From Mobula hypostoma (taxonomy: Eukaryota): a DNA stretch of 64,000 nucleotides. Within the stretch, counting starts at the first letter, position 1. Every line of letters begins with the position of its first letter. Where the stretch lies: assembly GCF_963921235.1 (NCBI RefSeq), contig NC_086097.1, positions 237,834,001 to 237,898,000 on the forward strand, in the 5' to 3' direction. This document shows positions 23,373 to 37,657 of this stretch, one piece after another. The notes beneath the pieces are model-generated. The model had not been told where the DNA came from. It was given only the letters and a program-made list of their open reading frames with translations, and did not search any database. Both the position numbers and the translations under genes were made by a program.

Positions 23373-25403
23373 TTAAATTAATTGCAAAGTACTGCTGTCA
23401 CAAAACAACACGCGACATATGCCGGTGATGTTAAACCTGATTCTGATTCTGAGTTACTGAACCAAAAGGGTTGCAGATTATGGGGGTGCACATTACTGGT
23501 ATTGGTGTTTGCTCCCAGAGCTTCATAAATGTCCAGTTTGAGTTGTGTGATATGTTTCACAGTCTCCAATGGAACATGATTTTAGTGCATTTGATCTGAA
23601 GGTGAAATGTCGCTTCCACAAGGTTCACATTGTGGTCATTTCTCTTCTTTGAAGATTGGCACCTTGCCATTGTGAAGAGGTTTATGAGTTCCTGAGATGC
23701 CATCTGCAGTTTACCCATCTGATGCCTAGCTCCTGGTATGGACACCCATGGTGGTAAAGTCAAGGGGGATGTTCCAGACAAAAAGCGATCCAACCAAGAC
23801 CTCAGCGGTGCAGCTGGCAGAAGATGTCACATCACAATGGCAAATAAGTCAGAGGAAGGTTACAGAAGCGAAGGATCCCCAGTCATCCTGCATTCCATGC
23901 CCTGGCCTCCATCTGTTTCGGACTGTGTGGTGGCTGCCCATGCATCAGCCTCCCAGCATCAAATAAAGTTACACACAGGCATTCTCCATTAAGGGAATCC
24001 ACCCTAACATCCTGGTTATGTGGATCCCGGATCGGCCTCTATAGCCACCCGACGAACCGAGGACAACCCCTTTGGAGAAACATCATTCTCGACTCAAGTG
24101 ATCGCATGACCACTAATGATCACTTCTACCAATTCTGTCAGGACTAAATTGAGTAGCTGCCCATTAGCCCAGCTCTGGGTCCTGTTGATCACTTGATTAC
24201 TTAACCAAGTCAATCATTTGCTTTCAGTTCTATATTCTTCAAATATAACTAGTAGTTGATAAAGATTCAGATTCAGATGTATCACAGGTACATTGAAACA
24301 TACAGTGAAATATATTTCGTTTTGTTAAGAGCCAACACACCCAAGGATGTGCTGGGGGTAGCCCACAAATGTGGCCACACTTTTCAGTGCCAATATGGCA
24401 TGTCTACAGTGTTTCGCAGAACAACACCAGCAGCAGTGACAACAACTATAAAGCAAAACAAGGCAACAATAGCAAAGCAAGCCCTTTCTATCCACTTACT
24501 GATCCACACATGAACAGACGTTCCTCTAAACCCAGTGTAGTCCACCTCTGGGTCTCCAGCCCTTGGCCCCAGACTCTCGGACTTCAGGCTTTGCTTGGCC
24601 CGGACACGCAGACTGATTCTAACTTCTATAGTGGCACAGGTCAGGTAAATCCATGGCCATATTCAAGACTCAACACCTCCTTGAAGAGATTTTGCAGTGG
24701 AGCAGACCAACATCAGCAGTTATTTTTGTCTCCAGTGTTGTGACTGTGACCTGAGTCTGGTGATATAAAAGTACTCATCAAGACAAGCAGACATTCTTCT
24801 AGAGACGCTGTTGGTAGAGTATCCCAAATTTGAAATACATCACATTTCTACACCCTTAAGATGAACAGCAGGAGTTTCAATACAACTCAAATAGTTACAA
24901 TGACATTCATATTTTGGGCTGACAACGATTCCTTTGAGTTCGATATCTACAGTGGCAGTCATCTCTGAAATTTCAAATACCTTTGCTGGCACAAAGGAAT
25001 TCACACAGATGGTCAAAAAGCTTCGGGGGACAGAGATCCCAGATACTTAAAATTAGTGTTGTCAGGGCTGATTCTAAGCACACAACTATTGCTGCTGTGA
25101 TCAACTGTGCCTGTGAGCATGTTTGACAAAATCAGTCTGGTCTGCTCGCTTGAACTCATTCACAATAGAACATAACAACTTAGCCCATTTTGCCTGGTTT
25201 GATGATGGCTAATGAACATAACCCCATTGTCTTACCCTTGGCTGATGCAGACAAGAACATCTCATGGTCACTTCACCTCCCAAGCGATACCTCCTGAGCA
25301 GCCAGCCTCCTGATGTGGGCCAGCAGCCTGTGCTCTGTAAACAATACTGTTTGCAAAGCTGTATGTTCAAACTTCAAACAGATTGCTGCCTGAAATCTAC
25401 ATT

Positions 25404-25915
25404 AAACATAGAAACATAGAAAATAGGTGCAGGAGTAGGCCATTCAGCCCTTCGAGCCTGCACTGCCATTCAGTATGATCATGGCTGATCATCCAACTCA
25501 GAACCCCGTGTCTGCCTTCTCTCCATACCCCCTGATCCCTTTAGCTACAAGGGCCATATCTAACTCCCTCTTAAACATAGCCAATGAACTGGCCTCAACT
25601 GTTTCCTGTGGCAGAGAATTCCACAGATTCACCACTCTCTGTGTGAAGAAGTTTTTCCTAATCTCGGTCCTAAAAGGCTTCCCCTTTATCCTCAAACTGT
25701 GACCCCTCGTTCTGGACTTCCCCAACATCGGGAACAATCTTCCTGCATCTAGTCTGTCCAATCCCTTTAGGATTTTATATGTTTCAATAAGATCCCCCCT
25801 CAATCTTCTAAATTCCAACGAGTATAAGCCTAGCCAATCCAGTCTTTCATCATATGAAAGTCCTGCCATCCCAGGAATCAATCTGGTGAACCTTCTTTGT
25901 ACTCCCTCTATGGCA
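25404..25915 (-). mobile_element. Young CR1 3' end
   Basis: Open frame VQRRFTRLIPGM..RRLRGDLIETYKI..FFTQRVVNLWNSLP; (TTTCTATG)n tail; near-identical to 55586-56005. Confidence 0.93.
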
Positions 25916-27174
25916 CTAAGAACTAAAGACAGGCTCTTGTTTGAATTAATATCTGCTATATTCACATAACTCCAGAAAACTAACATACTTGTTTTGGTTT
26001 CTTGTGTACGTTAGTTGCAAAAAGAGCATAAGTGACTAAGGGCCCAAAGCAGATTTCAATTACTATTCAGGGCAGGCATGACTTCATCAAGTGACTCCTG
26101 GAAGCCCAGATAAAAAACATCTCAAGACACTCCTCTCCTAAGGCCTCCTCCAATTAGTCCCACAATCACTTTGATCTCCTACTGTCAGGCACAAGGTACT
26201 TGCAGGAGAAGAACAAGGACTGTTAAGCTGTGTAACAGCCTTTTCCCCTAGCCTGTGAGACTTTTGAATACCCTGCTACCATCCAGTATGCATTATTTAT
26301 GACAGCGCCAGGAGCAGTAATACTGTTGCATATTTAGCTATATGTCGTAAATGTACTTTATGTCAACGTACAACTACAGAATTTTTATTATCTGTTAATA
26401 TTATTTTATGTGTGGTATATGATATATGTACTGTGTTGTGCAGCCCGGTCCGGAGGAATGTTGTTTCGTTTACTTGTATACCTGGTATGGTTGAATGACA
26501 ATGAACTTGAACTGGAACTACCCTCGCCACTATTTGACTTACAACTTCCAAATATTCAATCAGATTTATCAAGCATGCCCTCCCATTTACAAGCCCATGC
26601 TAAGAGAGGCACAGGCTCCAGGACAAAATATGTAAGGGTTATTGGACTGCAATTGTTTTCATAATATACATTATTGCTTAAGCATAATTAAACTGGAGTT
26701 ATTAGAACATTAAATAACATTTTAATAAAATAGTTTTTAAAATAAGTTTTAAATTAAAATAAGTGTACACAAAATCCTTCAATTGGTTCAATTTTCAATG
26801 CATTTTCAAATAAATGAATGCAAATATTATTCTGCAGATTAAATGAAATGGCCTAAAGGGGGATTTATCTGGATGCAGGGCAGCCAGAAATAATTAGATT
26901 AGCAGAACAAATATAAATAATTTTTCAAGAGCTTCAACATTGATGAAAGCAGTGCTTGGTTTAAACCAGAAATGAGAAATACCAGTTTAAATTGGCGTGA
27001 TACCTTTTCATTTACGATAACTTTTATGGACAAGTTTTAAAAAAGGAGAAAATCTGAGCAACTCGTGCTGGGCTAACAGTGACATTTCCATCTGTCACTC
27101 TTCCTTGTCACTAGGGTCCATGTCCAGCAGCCAAGCTGATTATACCAGAAAATGGCCTTTTTGATACTACACAA

Positions 27175-29640
27175 AATCAGCCCTACTGATTTCATGGCTG
27201 ATCCCAGATCCTATTCAACCCCATATACATGCCTTCTCACCATATCGTTTGATGCCCTGACTGATCAGGAAACGATCAGCTTCCACCTTAATTATACGAA
27301 TGGACTTGGCCTCCACCGCAGTCTGTGGCAGAGCATTCCAGTACTCTCTGGCTAAAAAAAACTCCACTTTACCTCTGTCCTAAAGGGTCTTCCCTCAATT
27401 ATGAGGATGTGGCCTCTAGTTCTGGATACTAGTTACTGGCAGCCAACCAGAAAAGGCCCCTTTTATTCCCACTCAATGCATCCTGCTTGTCAGTCATTCC
27501 ACTATCCATGCCAGTATATTTCCTGTAGCACCATAGGATTTAATCTTGTTAAGCAGCCTCATGCGTGGCACCTTATCAAACACCTTCTAAAGATCCAAGT
27601 AAATGACATCTACTGCCACTCATTTGTCCACCCTGCTTGTTACATCCTTGAAGCACACCAACAGATTTGTCAGGCACCATTTCCTTTTTCAGAAACCATG
27701 CTAACTTTGACTAATTTTTTCATTAGTCTTCAAGTACCTTGAAACCTCATCTTTAATAATAGACTCCAACACTTTCCCAACCACTGAGGTTAGGCTAACT
27801 GGTGGATAATTTCTTTCCTCCCTACTTAAAGAGTGGCGTGACATTTGTCATCTACCAGTACTCCGGGACCATGCCAGAATCAAGATCATGATCAATGCAT
27901 CTGTTATCTCTTCAGCAACCTCTCTCTGGACTCTGGGACATAGTCCATCTGGTTCAGGTGACTTATCCACCTTAAGACCTTTGAGTCTGCCTAGCACTTT
28001 TTCCTTTGTAATAGCAATGGTACTCACTCCTGTTCCCTGACACTCATGGACATCTGGCACACTGTGAGTGTCTTCCACAGTTAGGAAAGATACAAAGCAC
28101 TCATTAAGTTCATCTGCCATTCCTTTGTCCCCCATTACTACTTCACCACGATCTTTTTCCAGTGGTCCAAATATCAAGTCTCACCTCCCTTTACTCTTTA
28201 TATAACTGAAAAAACTTTCGGTATCCTGGCTAGTCTGCCCTCATATCTCATCTTTTCCCTTCTTATAACTTTTTTAGTTGCCTTTTGTTGGATTTTAAAC
28301 GCTTCCCAATCGTCCAACTTTCCGCTCACTTTTGCTACCTTATATGCCCTTTCCTTGGCTTTTATGCAGTCCTTAACTTCCTTTGTCAGTCACAGTTGCC
28401 TACCGCTATCATTTCAGAACTTCTTCCTCTGTGGGATATGTTTATCCTACACCTTGTGAGCTATTCCCAGAAACTTCAGCCATCTCTGCTCTGCCATCAT
28501 CCCCGTCAGTATCATTCTCCAATCCACCTGTGCAAGCTACTCTTTCATACTTCCATAATTCCCTTCATTCCATTGCAATACTTATGCTTCTCCCTCTCAA
28601 ATTGCAGAATGAACTCAATCATATTATGATCACTGTCTCCTAAGGGTTCCTTTACGTTAAGTTCCCTAATAAGATCTAGGTTATTACACAACACCCAATT
28701 TAAGATAGCCTTTCCCTGAGTAGGGTCAAGTACAAGCTGCTCTAAAAAGACATCTTGTAGGCATTCAACAAATTCCCTCTCTTGTGATCCAATACCAACC
28801 TGATTTTCCCAATCCACTTGCATATTGAAGTCCCCCATTACAATTGTGTCATTACCCTTATTACATGCCTTTTCCAGCTCCCTTTGCAATCTCAAACCCA
28901 CATCTTGGCTACTATTTGGAGGCCTATATATGACTCCCATAATGGTTTACCTACTCTTGCAGTTTCTTAACTCCATCCACAATGATTCAACATTCTTTGA
29001 CCCTATGTCACCTCTTTCTAAAGATGTAATTTCATTTTTTACCAACAGAGACACATCACCACCTATGCCTTCCTGCCTGTCCTTCCATACAAAGTATATC
29101 CTTTGATGTTAAGCTCCCAACTATGGCCTTCTTTCATCCACGACTCAGTGATGCCCACAACATTATACTGAGCATTCTTGAATTGTGCCACAAGTTTGCC
29201 CACCTTATTCTGAAAGCTACACGCATTTAAGTACAGCACCTTCAGTCCTGCATTCTTTGCCCTTTTGAGTTTTGCCTCTGTGGTACAATTTAACTTTTTG
29301 CTCTGTCTGCATTTGAACCCAATCATTGGCTTGTCCTTCCTTATTCATACTGGTTCCCAACCCCCTGCCATCTTATCTTAAACCATTCCCAACAGCTCTA
29401 GTAAATCTGCCTGTCAGAATATTGGCCCCTCTTGGATTCAAGTGAAACCCACCCCATTTGTGCAGGTCCCACCTGCCCCAGGAGAGGTACCAATTATCCA
29501 GCAATCTGAATTCTTGACCCCTGCTCCAAGTCTTCAGAAAACACATTTATTTACCACCTCATTCTATTCCTACCCTCACTGTCACATGGCAAATGCAGTA
29601 ATTCAAGATTACCACCTTTGAGGTCCTGCATCTCAGCTTC
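27175..29640 (-). mobile_element. Degraded, internally deleted CR1 (endonuclease through RT and 3' end)
   Basis: LKVLYLNACS, VGITESW, GVIYRPPNS, MGDFN, LGDSDHNMIEF and KSPEPDGL motifs. Confidence 0.9.
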
Positions 29641-30171
29641 CTTCCTAACTCCTAATGGCTTGTGGCTTTTAAATGCTAAACTTGTGACCCTCAGAACTGG
29701 GTACATCCCTTAACATCTCTAGGTGTGTTGATGTAACTCAAATGCTGTCAATCACTTCACATTTCTTCACTATTAATCAATGAAGAATTTTGAGCAGCAA
29801 GCTTCAAAACATCTGGACAGTGCAAAAGGCAACTAGGTGGAAAGGGCAATTTATACCATTTCTCTGTAAGGAACCAGGAGGCCTGGAGGTACAAGGGCTG
29901 TAGTTGTAGGAAAAGGTACCTCGGAGATCAATGTCAGAAGAGTAGACCTGAAAAACTGGACATCAGGCTTCCTAGGATTTCCCTTCAAATACTTTATCAT
30001 CCTAACTGCATTAAGAACTAATTCCTGCATCCCTACCACTGAACTCCTATCAAGACCATAAGACCACATTCTTCCTCTAGCTGCTTCTGACATGGGAGCC
30101 TGGCTAACCAACCTGAGGCAGGGAGGGCCCAACCACATCTTTTGTGTCAGGTTGATCGTTTATCAAAAATA

Positions 30172-30715
30172 TAGAGTCATAGAGTTCAGACCCTTTGGCC
30201 CATCTAGTCTGTCTTGAAGTATTATTCTGCATAGTCCCATTAACCTGCACCTGGACCATAGCCCTCTTATTTACCTATAAGTACTTAACTAAATTTCTCT
30301 TAAATGTTGAAATGGGACACACATAAAACACTTCCACTGGCAGCACGTTCTCAGCATCCTTTGTCTGAAAAAGTTCCTCCTCATGATCCCTTTAAATATT
30401 TCACCTTTCACCCCTAACCCATGACTGCTAGTTCTAAACTCACTCAGCCTCAGTGGAAAAATGTCTGCTTGTGTTTACCCCATCTGTACGCCTCATAATT
30501 GTGTACACCCCTATCAAATCCCCCCTCATTCTCCAACACTCTGGAGAATTAAGTCCAAATCTAATCAACCTTTCCCTATATCTCAGGTTGTCAAGTCCTG
30601 GCAACATCCTCATAAATTTTCTCCACACTCTTTCAATTATCTTTCCCGTAGGTAGCTGACTAGAACTGCACACAATACTCCAAATTAAACCTCACTAATG
30701 TTTTATATGACTTCA
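30172..30715 (-). mobile_element. Old CR1 3' end
   Basis: ERVWRKFMRMLPGL..RMRGDLIGVY. Confidence 0.8.
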
Positions 30716-32897
30716 ACATTCATACGGTATTCAACTATGTCTTCTTTTGCAGATTAGTTTGTTAGTCAGTTTTTGTTTGTGTGCAGTTTTTCATAAATTC
30801 TGTTGTACTGTGAATGCTTACAAGAAAATGAATCTCAAAATAGTATACAACTCCTCAACTCGAACTAAAGGGGTAACCTGACTGAACTTAACTTACCTCA
30901 TCATTGAAATTTTCTACAACCAATGGAATCACTTTCGAGGACTCTTCATCTCACGTTCTCGATATTTATTGTTTTTTTATTTATTATTATTGTTTTTTCT
31001 TTTTGTATTTGCACAGTTTGTTGTCTTCTGCGCTATGGATGAACACCCTATTTGTGGAAGTCTTTCACTGATTCTGTTTTAGTAATTATTCTATAGCTTT
31101 GTTGACTATGCCCCACAAGAAAATGAATCTCAACGTTGTTTATGGTGACATATATATATATATATTTTTGATAATACAAATTACTTTGAACTTTGATACA
31201 ATAATAAATTAACTTTAAACTTTGAAAGTCTTTCCTTAAATGGGATTAGTGATGTTAAATTTGTTACTAGAATAATTTTATTGGTAAGGCTGCCCATTTA
31301 ACTCAATTGTACTGGTAGTATCAGCCACTCCCTCACCAGTGGAAATAACAGCCTAATTACACCAGTGTCAGATACAAAGACTCCCTGATCTGCACAACAT
31401 CTGAACCCAACTGTCACACGTAGAAATTCAATGTATTAAGAAATGCCACAAAACTGACATTTTTGTTTCTTGCTGCAAAATGACTTGAAGATTTATTTTC
31501 ACTTTATGTATCAGCGGAGTTGATCAAATTGTGGCACAGAGGAGTTAATATAATTAGAGTGGCAGAAAATATTATGCAATTATTAGATTATGAATTCTGA
31601 AAAGATGTGCAGTTATTAAGCTGACATACTCTAAAATATTTATCAGCACAAGCTGAGCTGCTCCTCAATTTTTTGAATTACAGGTCACTTTGAATGTACT
31701 GGACATTTAGGGACATCATTTATCCAGAGGATCTAATCAACAATGTAATGTGTTCCTTGCCTCAAGTATTCATCAATTAATGACTATGCTTCCTACTGTT
31801 TACAGCCACAGCTGATTATTCTTTTTGCGTGAAGGTATGAACATAATGTAGCAAATTAGCACAAAGGCTAGAATAATTTGGTAAACAACCAAAGCATCTC
31901 TGTATTATACTTCCATTGACATCTGTTGTTATGATCCAATTTAATGTAATCTTGGAATGCACTTTAAACAACAATTCTTAATGCTATTTAATCAGCTACT
32001 TAATTTCTTGAAAGGAATGTCAAGCAATTTGCCCCAGAGTAGGAAGTGGAAGGTCACATATGAATATTAACTCTGTTTCTCTTCCCAAAGACACAGCCTA
32101 ACCTATTGAGTATTACTATCATTTTCTGGTTTTATTCGAGAAGCCCCAGGAGCAAATTTGTGATTTATGCTGCAATGGGAAGTGTACTTGAGGATTATGA
32201 TGATGGATCCTGAAGAAGGGTTTTGGTCCAAAACATTGACTACTTAGACATTTCTATGGACACTGCCTGCTTGACCTGCTGAATTCCTCTGGCATTTTGT
32301 GTGAATGATTCTTTTGCATGTATTATTAATAAATAATTTGCCAATGCTTATGAAATAATGGAGTATAAACATTACAAAGGGAATATTTTTAGCAATCCCT
32401 GCAATGGACAAATATTTTCATTAAAGATATTTTCTCGCTGCTGCTATTAGGAAGAAGATATAGGATCCTTAGGACCCACACCATCTGGTTCAGGAACAGT
32501 TATTACCCCTAAAAAATCAGGCTCTTGAACCAGATGGGATAACTTCATTCAACGTCACTCGTTCCAACACTGAAATGTTCCCACAGTCTATGGTCTCACT
32601 TTCAAGAATTCTGCATCTCAATGTTCATTGCTTATTTTTTTATTTCTCTTTTGCATTTGCACAGTTTGTTCTCTTGTGTACACTGGTTGAATACTCAAAT
32701 TAGTGTGGTTTTTTATTGATTCTCTTATGGCTCACAAATTTACTGTGTATGCACAAAAGAAAATGAATCTCAGTGTTGTATATGGTGACATTTGTGTATT
32801 TTGATAACAGATTTACTTTGAACTTTGAGCTTCTTTAACAAATTAGAGTCCGGTGATCAAAACCAATTGTGTGGGAAGGATAACATATTTGTATATT

Positions 32898-33951
32898 ATG
32901 AATAAACTCTTCTCGGGCTTTCAGCTGGGTACAATTATCAATTTTAACTGATGTTTCGATGACAATCTCTGCCATCATCATCAGGGATGATGCCTGGGCA
33001 TGTCCAGTCTGGTGGTATTTATACCCCCTTCGTCCGTCCCTCCTGAATGGTTAGTCCTCGTCCAATCAGGTTTCTGCTCCCCCAACTTATTTCCAATTGA
33101 ATTCCAGTTCTTACTTAGAGTAAGATCTTCATCTTTGTTAAAATTCTTTTCCTCTAGTTTTATTTCAATGGCTTCCTTCACCAGGCGGTCCCAAAACCCA
33201 TTAAGTGGCACAGAAGTTTTGTGCCATCGAAGTCAATCCCATGGTCACTGAAAATTCCTCTGGGTAAACCAAACAGCTACACTTCCTGTGCTACTTGATG
33301 CACCTTTGCACCGTGCGTCCCATCTGGCTGACATAAGCTGCTCCGTGTTCACAGGGAATCCTGTAAATACCAGCCATTCTGAGTCCAAGTCATCTTTGAC
33401 TTTCCATTAACTGTGATTTGAGCTTCTTTACGGGCTTGTGGATGGTAATAATTCAGTATTTCTTCAGGATCCTGGTGATCCTTCCAGAAACCATGAAAAT
33501 ATAGGGAATACAGGTGGTAGAGATCGGTTCTGCTTCATTGTTAGGTTTCCTGGTTTTTCTGTCGGCCCTTTTCAGGGCCCAATTGATTTCTTTGTAGCCA
33601 TTCTGTAGGAGCATCATGTGTAATCATCTTATTTCCTTGTGGAGACTCTCCGGATTCAAAATGGTTTTTGCATGGTTAATCAAAGTAGAAAGAACCGTTT
33701 CAAGTTGGGAAGCGTGATGGTGGCTGTTACTTTTGAGGTATAAATCCATGTGAGAGGTTTCTGATGGATGCCATGACTGAGGCTACCATCCAGTTTCCTT
33801 CATGTTAGAATGTCCAGGAATGGAAGGCAGCCATTCTCCATTTCCATCGTAAATTGAATCTTTGGATGCATGCTCTTCTGGTGGCGTGAAACTGCTCGAG
33901 TGCCTGGAGCCCATGAGGCCACACCACGAAGGTTTCATCAACATATCTGAG
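32898..33951 (-). mobile_element. Penelope-like element (RT C-terminus, GIY-YIG endonuclease, 3' repeat)
   Basis: RYVDETFVVWPHG, IQFTMEMENGCLPFLDI, AGIYRIPCEHGAAYVSQMGR and RLVKEAIEI..NFNKDE; near-TSD tttgtatatt/tttatatatt; hammerhead relic at 32946-32988. Confidence 0.9.
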
Positions 33952-34372
33952 TTTATATATTGAAAACTTGTATATTTTTTACACCACTGGTGAACTTTAT
34001 TTTGTATTATTTAGTAGTATTTATGCCTTGAAAAATTTTATATGACTGCCTTGTAGGTAACTGCTACTCGAGCGCAAAGATTCATGAGCCAGTCCTAGAA
34101 CTACAGACAAGGAGCAAGCGCACAAAGTACTTGGTCAAGTGACAAATTTTTAAGTACAAAACAAATATAAATATTAAAAAAGGTAATTTTAATTTTTGGT
34201 CGCCAGTGTCCCCACACTGTTCATCAAAATATGCTTCAGTAGGTTATGGTAAGTAAATTTTTAATTTTATATCATGTACCATCTGCCAAATACCTTATTT
34301 TTAAATGACATAACATAAATTGGTGGCAAATGTAATGATGACAAACATTATGCTAACTTGAATCAGATACTA

Positions 34373-34856
34373 CAGTACTGTGCAATAGTCATAGGCACAT
34401 ATACACAACTAATTTTATGTATTGCACTGTATTACTGCTGCTGCAAAAAGACAAACTTCATGACATATGTAAGTGACGATAAACCTGATTTGGACATGAG
34501 TCTCTATTGTGGACTGAGAGTGGAAGGGGGAGGGAGAGGGGAATTGTAGTTGGGAAAAGGGACGGGGAGGGGAGGGAGTGGGAAGCACCAGAGGGCCAAT
34601 CTGTAGTGATCAATAAACCAATTGTTTGGAATCAAATGACCTTGCCTGGTGTCTCAGGGCCAGGTACGTCTGCAGACACACCACTCCTCCGCCCCTGTCC
34701 CACACCCTTCCACCCTCGCCATTCCCAATGTCCTTTACTCCTCATGGAGTTACAAAATCACCATCTGCTCCACTTTGACTAACACAGTACTGTGCAAAAG
34801 TTTTAGGCACCCTTGCTCAATACTGTATATGTGCCTGAGATTTCTGCACAATACTG
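34373..34856. mobile_element. Tc1/mariner-type non-autonomous element with an extra internal TIR
   Basis: TA-flanked TIRs at 34373-34398 and 34831-34856; third TIR copy at 34785-34810. Confidence 0.75.
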
Positions 34857-34879
34857 TAGATTAGGGTATATAAAAATTC

Positions 34880-35318
34880 TGGATTAGAGAACATGTCTTA
34901 CAAGGATAGGCTGAGCAAGCTTAGTCACTTCTCTTTGGAGCGAAGGAGGATGAGAAGTGACTTGATCGATGTGTATGAGGTACAAAGCAAATGGATAGCC
35001 AGAGACTTTCTTCCGAAGGTGCAAGTAGATAATACTCAAATTTTAAGGTGATTGGAGGAACATACGGTGGGAATATCAGAGGCAAGTTCTTTACACAGAG
35101 AGTGGTAGGTGCCTGGAATGCCTTGCCAATGGCAGTAGTAGAGACAAATACGTTAGAGACATTTAAGCATCTCTCAGATAAGCACATGTATGCTCAAAAA
35201 ATGGAGACAATGGAGGAGGGAAGGATTAGATTGATCTTAGAGTAGGTTAAAAAGTGAGTACAGTATTATTTGCCGAAGGGCCTGTACCATACTACGCTGA
35301 TCTACATTCTATGTTCGA
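34880..35318 (+). mobile_element. Old CR1 3' end
   Basis: RGKFFTQRVVGAWNALP. Confidence 0.8.
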
Positions 35319-35744
35319 TGAGAGAAATCATGCAGAAGTACCAAGGAGAATATCACAGTTTTTCTTGTGATTGGATAAGCTAGTTGATGGATTATTATAC
35401 TTTCAAATTTCTGTATAAAATAAATGAAACTGAAGAAATTACTGGACAAAAATCGCCCTGGTTACAGAGTGTTTCGTGAAGCTTCACTGCTCATATTTGG
35501 TGCTCTTGCACTGTGTTACAAGGAAGATCTGAGGTATGACCGCAGGAGCTCTCTTTCGCTCGGTGGAGAATTTCCATAATGTAAATGGGTAAAGGAGAAA
35601 GAAAATGGTATTGAATAGCTGTTGTACACCCAACTTGTTTGATTCACTTTGAATTTCGCCATTTGCAAATTTGAGCTCACTCCAAAGTCAATAAACCTGC
35701 AGATAAATTTATATTCTCAGTATTAGATCCAGAGTGCAGAGAGA

Positions 35745-36365
35745 GAGGAGAACAGTGCAGCACATCTGGACAAACCATGGTGCCAACCTAAACTAATCCC
35801 ATCTGCCTGCACATGGTCCATATCCCCCTATTTCATTCCCCCTATATCCCCCTTGCTCATTTCTTGTTGAAATGCCTCTGAAATATTGCCATTGTATCTA
35901 CTTCCCCACCTCCCCTGGCTACACATTCCAGGGACCTACCATGACTTGTGTTCAAACTCTTGCCTCAAAAATCTCTTTCTAAATCTTCCCCCTCTCACAT
36001 TAAGCCTATGCCCGATAACATTTGCCATTTCCACCCCTGGAAATGACTATCTATTCTGACTGTGCCTCTCATAATTAGATATGCTTACGTCTGGTCACTC
36101 CTCAGCCTCTGACACTTCAGAGAAAACAATCAAAGTCAGTCCAACTTTTCCTTATGACTAATACATTCCAATTTTGGTAAATTTCTTCTGCACATTCCCC
36201 AAAGCCTCCAATACCCTTCTCCAAGAATTACAGATAATGCTCCAAATGTGGACTCAACGAAGTTTTCAACAACTGCAATCCAATTTCCCGGTTTATATAC
36301 ACAGTGCCCTAAAATGATGAAGGTAAGCATGTTGCATGCCTTCTTTATTACCCTATCCACTTGTG
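35745..36365 (-). mobile_element. Old CR1 3' region
   Basis: QVDRVIKKACNMLTFI; CR1-like 3' UTR. Confidence 0.7.
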
Positions 36366-37074
36366 TCATCATTTTTAAAGATTAGTTTTATTTGGCACAT
36401 GTACATTGAAACATACAGTGAAATACGTTGTTTGTGTAGTGACCAAACCAGCCCAGGGATGTGCTACATCAGCCCGCAAGTGATGTGTTCTTTTGGCACC
36501 AGCTTGGCATGCCCACAATGTGCTAACCCTCAGCAGTACATCTTCAAAATGTAGGACGAAACCAGTGCGACCATGTGGTCATGGGAAGAATGCAAATGTT
36601 CCTTACAGTCAGTGATGGGAATTGAGCCTAAATTGCTGGCACTGTAAAGTATTACGTTAACCACAAAACTATCAAGCCGCAGGGACTGGTGGACTTGCAC
36701 TTCAAGGTCCCTCTGTACGCCAGTGCCTAAGGGTCCTGCCATTTACTGTTTACTTTCCTCTTGCATTTTCTATATGATTACACACTTCCATGTTTTTTCC
36801 CCCAAATTTGAGATTGCATGGGTCCTTCAAAGGTAGATCTGCTCTGCATTGGCAAATCCACCAGCGATTATCAGTCTCCCTGGTCATGTAGAAATGCTTG
36901 GGACAGTCTACTTTCTTCCATCCGCATTTGGGATGTCAGCTAAATGGCTGGAAAGAATGCCCTCTGGCACATGTGTAAAGTATCAGTAGCCCATGGGCCA
37001 GAGTAATGCTTTAATAAATGCTTACATTCAAGAGGCTGGTCTTTGAAATTCATAAATTATTCTTTGACCAGGCT

Positions 37075-37430
37075 ATAAGACCATAAGACCATTAGATATT
37101 GAAGTAGAAATATGCCATTTGGCCCATTGCGTCTGCTCCACTATTTCATCATGCAGATCCATTTTCCCTCTCAACCTCAATCTCCTGTCTTCTCCTGATA
37201 ACCCTTCATGCCATGACTAATCAAGAATCCATCAATCCCTGACTCGAATATACCCAATGACTTAGCCTACACGGCCACCTGCGGCAACAAATTCCACATG
37301 TTCACCACTCTCTGGCTAAAGAAGGCCTTTCAATATTTAATAAGTTTCAGTGAGATCCCCCTTCATTCTTCTGAATTCCAGTGAGTACAGCCCCAGAGCC
37401 TTCAAACACTCCTCGTATGATAACCGTTGC
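37075..37430 (-). mobile_element. CR1 3' end
   Basis: LSYEECLKALGLYSLEFRRMKGDL; (tcttatgg)n tail. Confidence 0.8.
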
Positions 37431-37657
37431 ATATCAGCTGCCAGGCATTCATTAACATTGGGCCATACAAGACTGCCAAGGCTGTAAAGAATCTTTTTTT
37501 TTGATGCACAATCAGCTGTATGACGTATCCTTTTCATCTCTTTAACCTCTAAACATTGAGCTTATGTGTTGGTTGTTATTCTTTTTAACAAACTCGTAAA
37601 TGGGGTCCAGCTTCTACAACCATTTTATGACCAGGCCTACATACTGTTGGTTCTAAT

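Noticed and set aside
32205..32305. Further hammerhead-like relics (also near 7813-7848, 18450-18481, 50367-50403, 51570-51604)
   Set aside because: Core or GAAAC-GUH is mutated; these are decayed Penelope repeats and are not called as ribozymes.
35460..35700. Possible exon after atctgcag|
   Set aside because: The phase-1 frame stops quickly and the longer frame is in the wrong phase.
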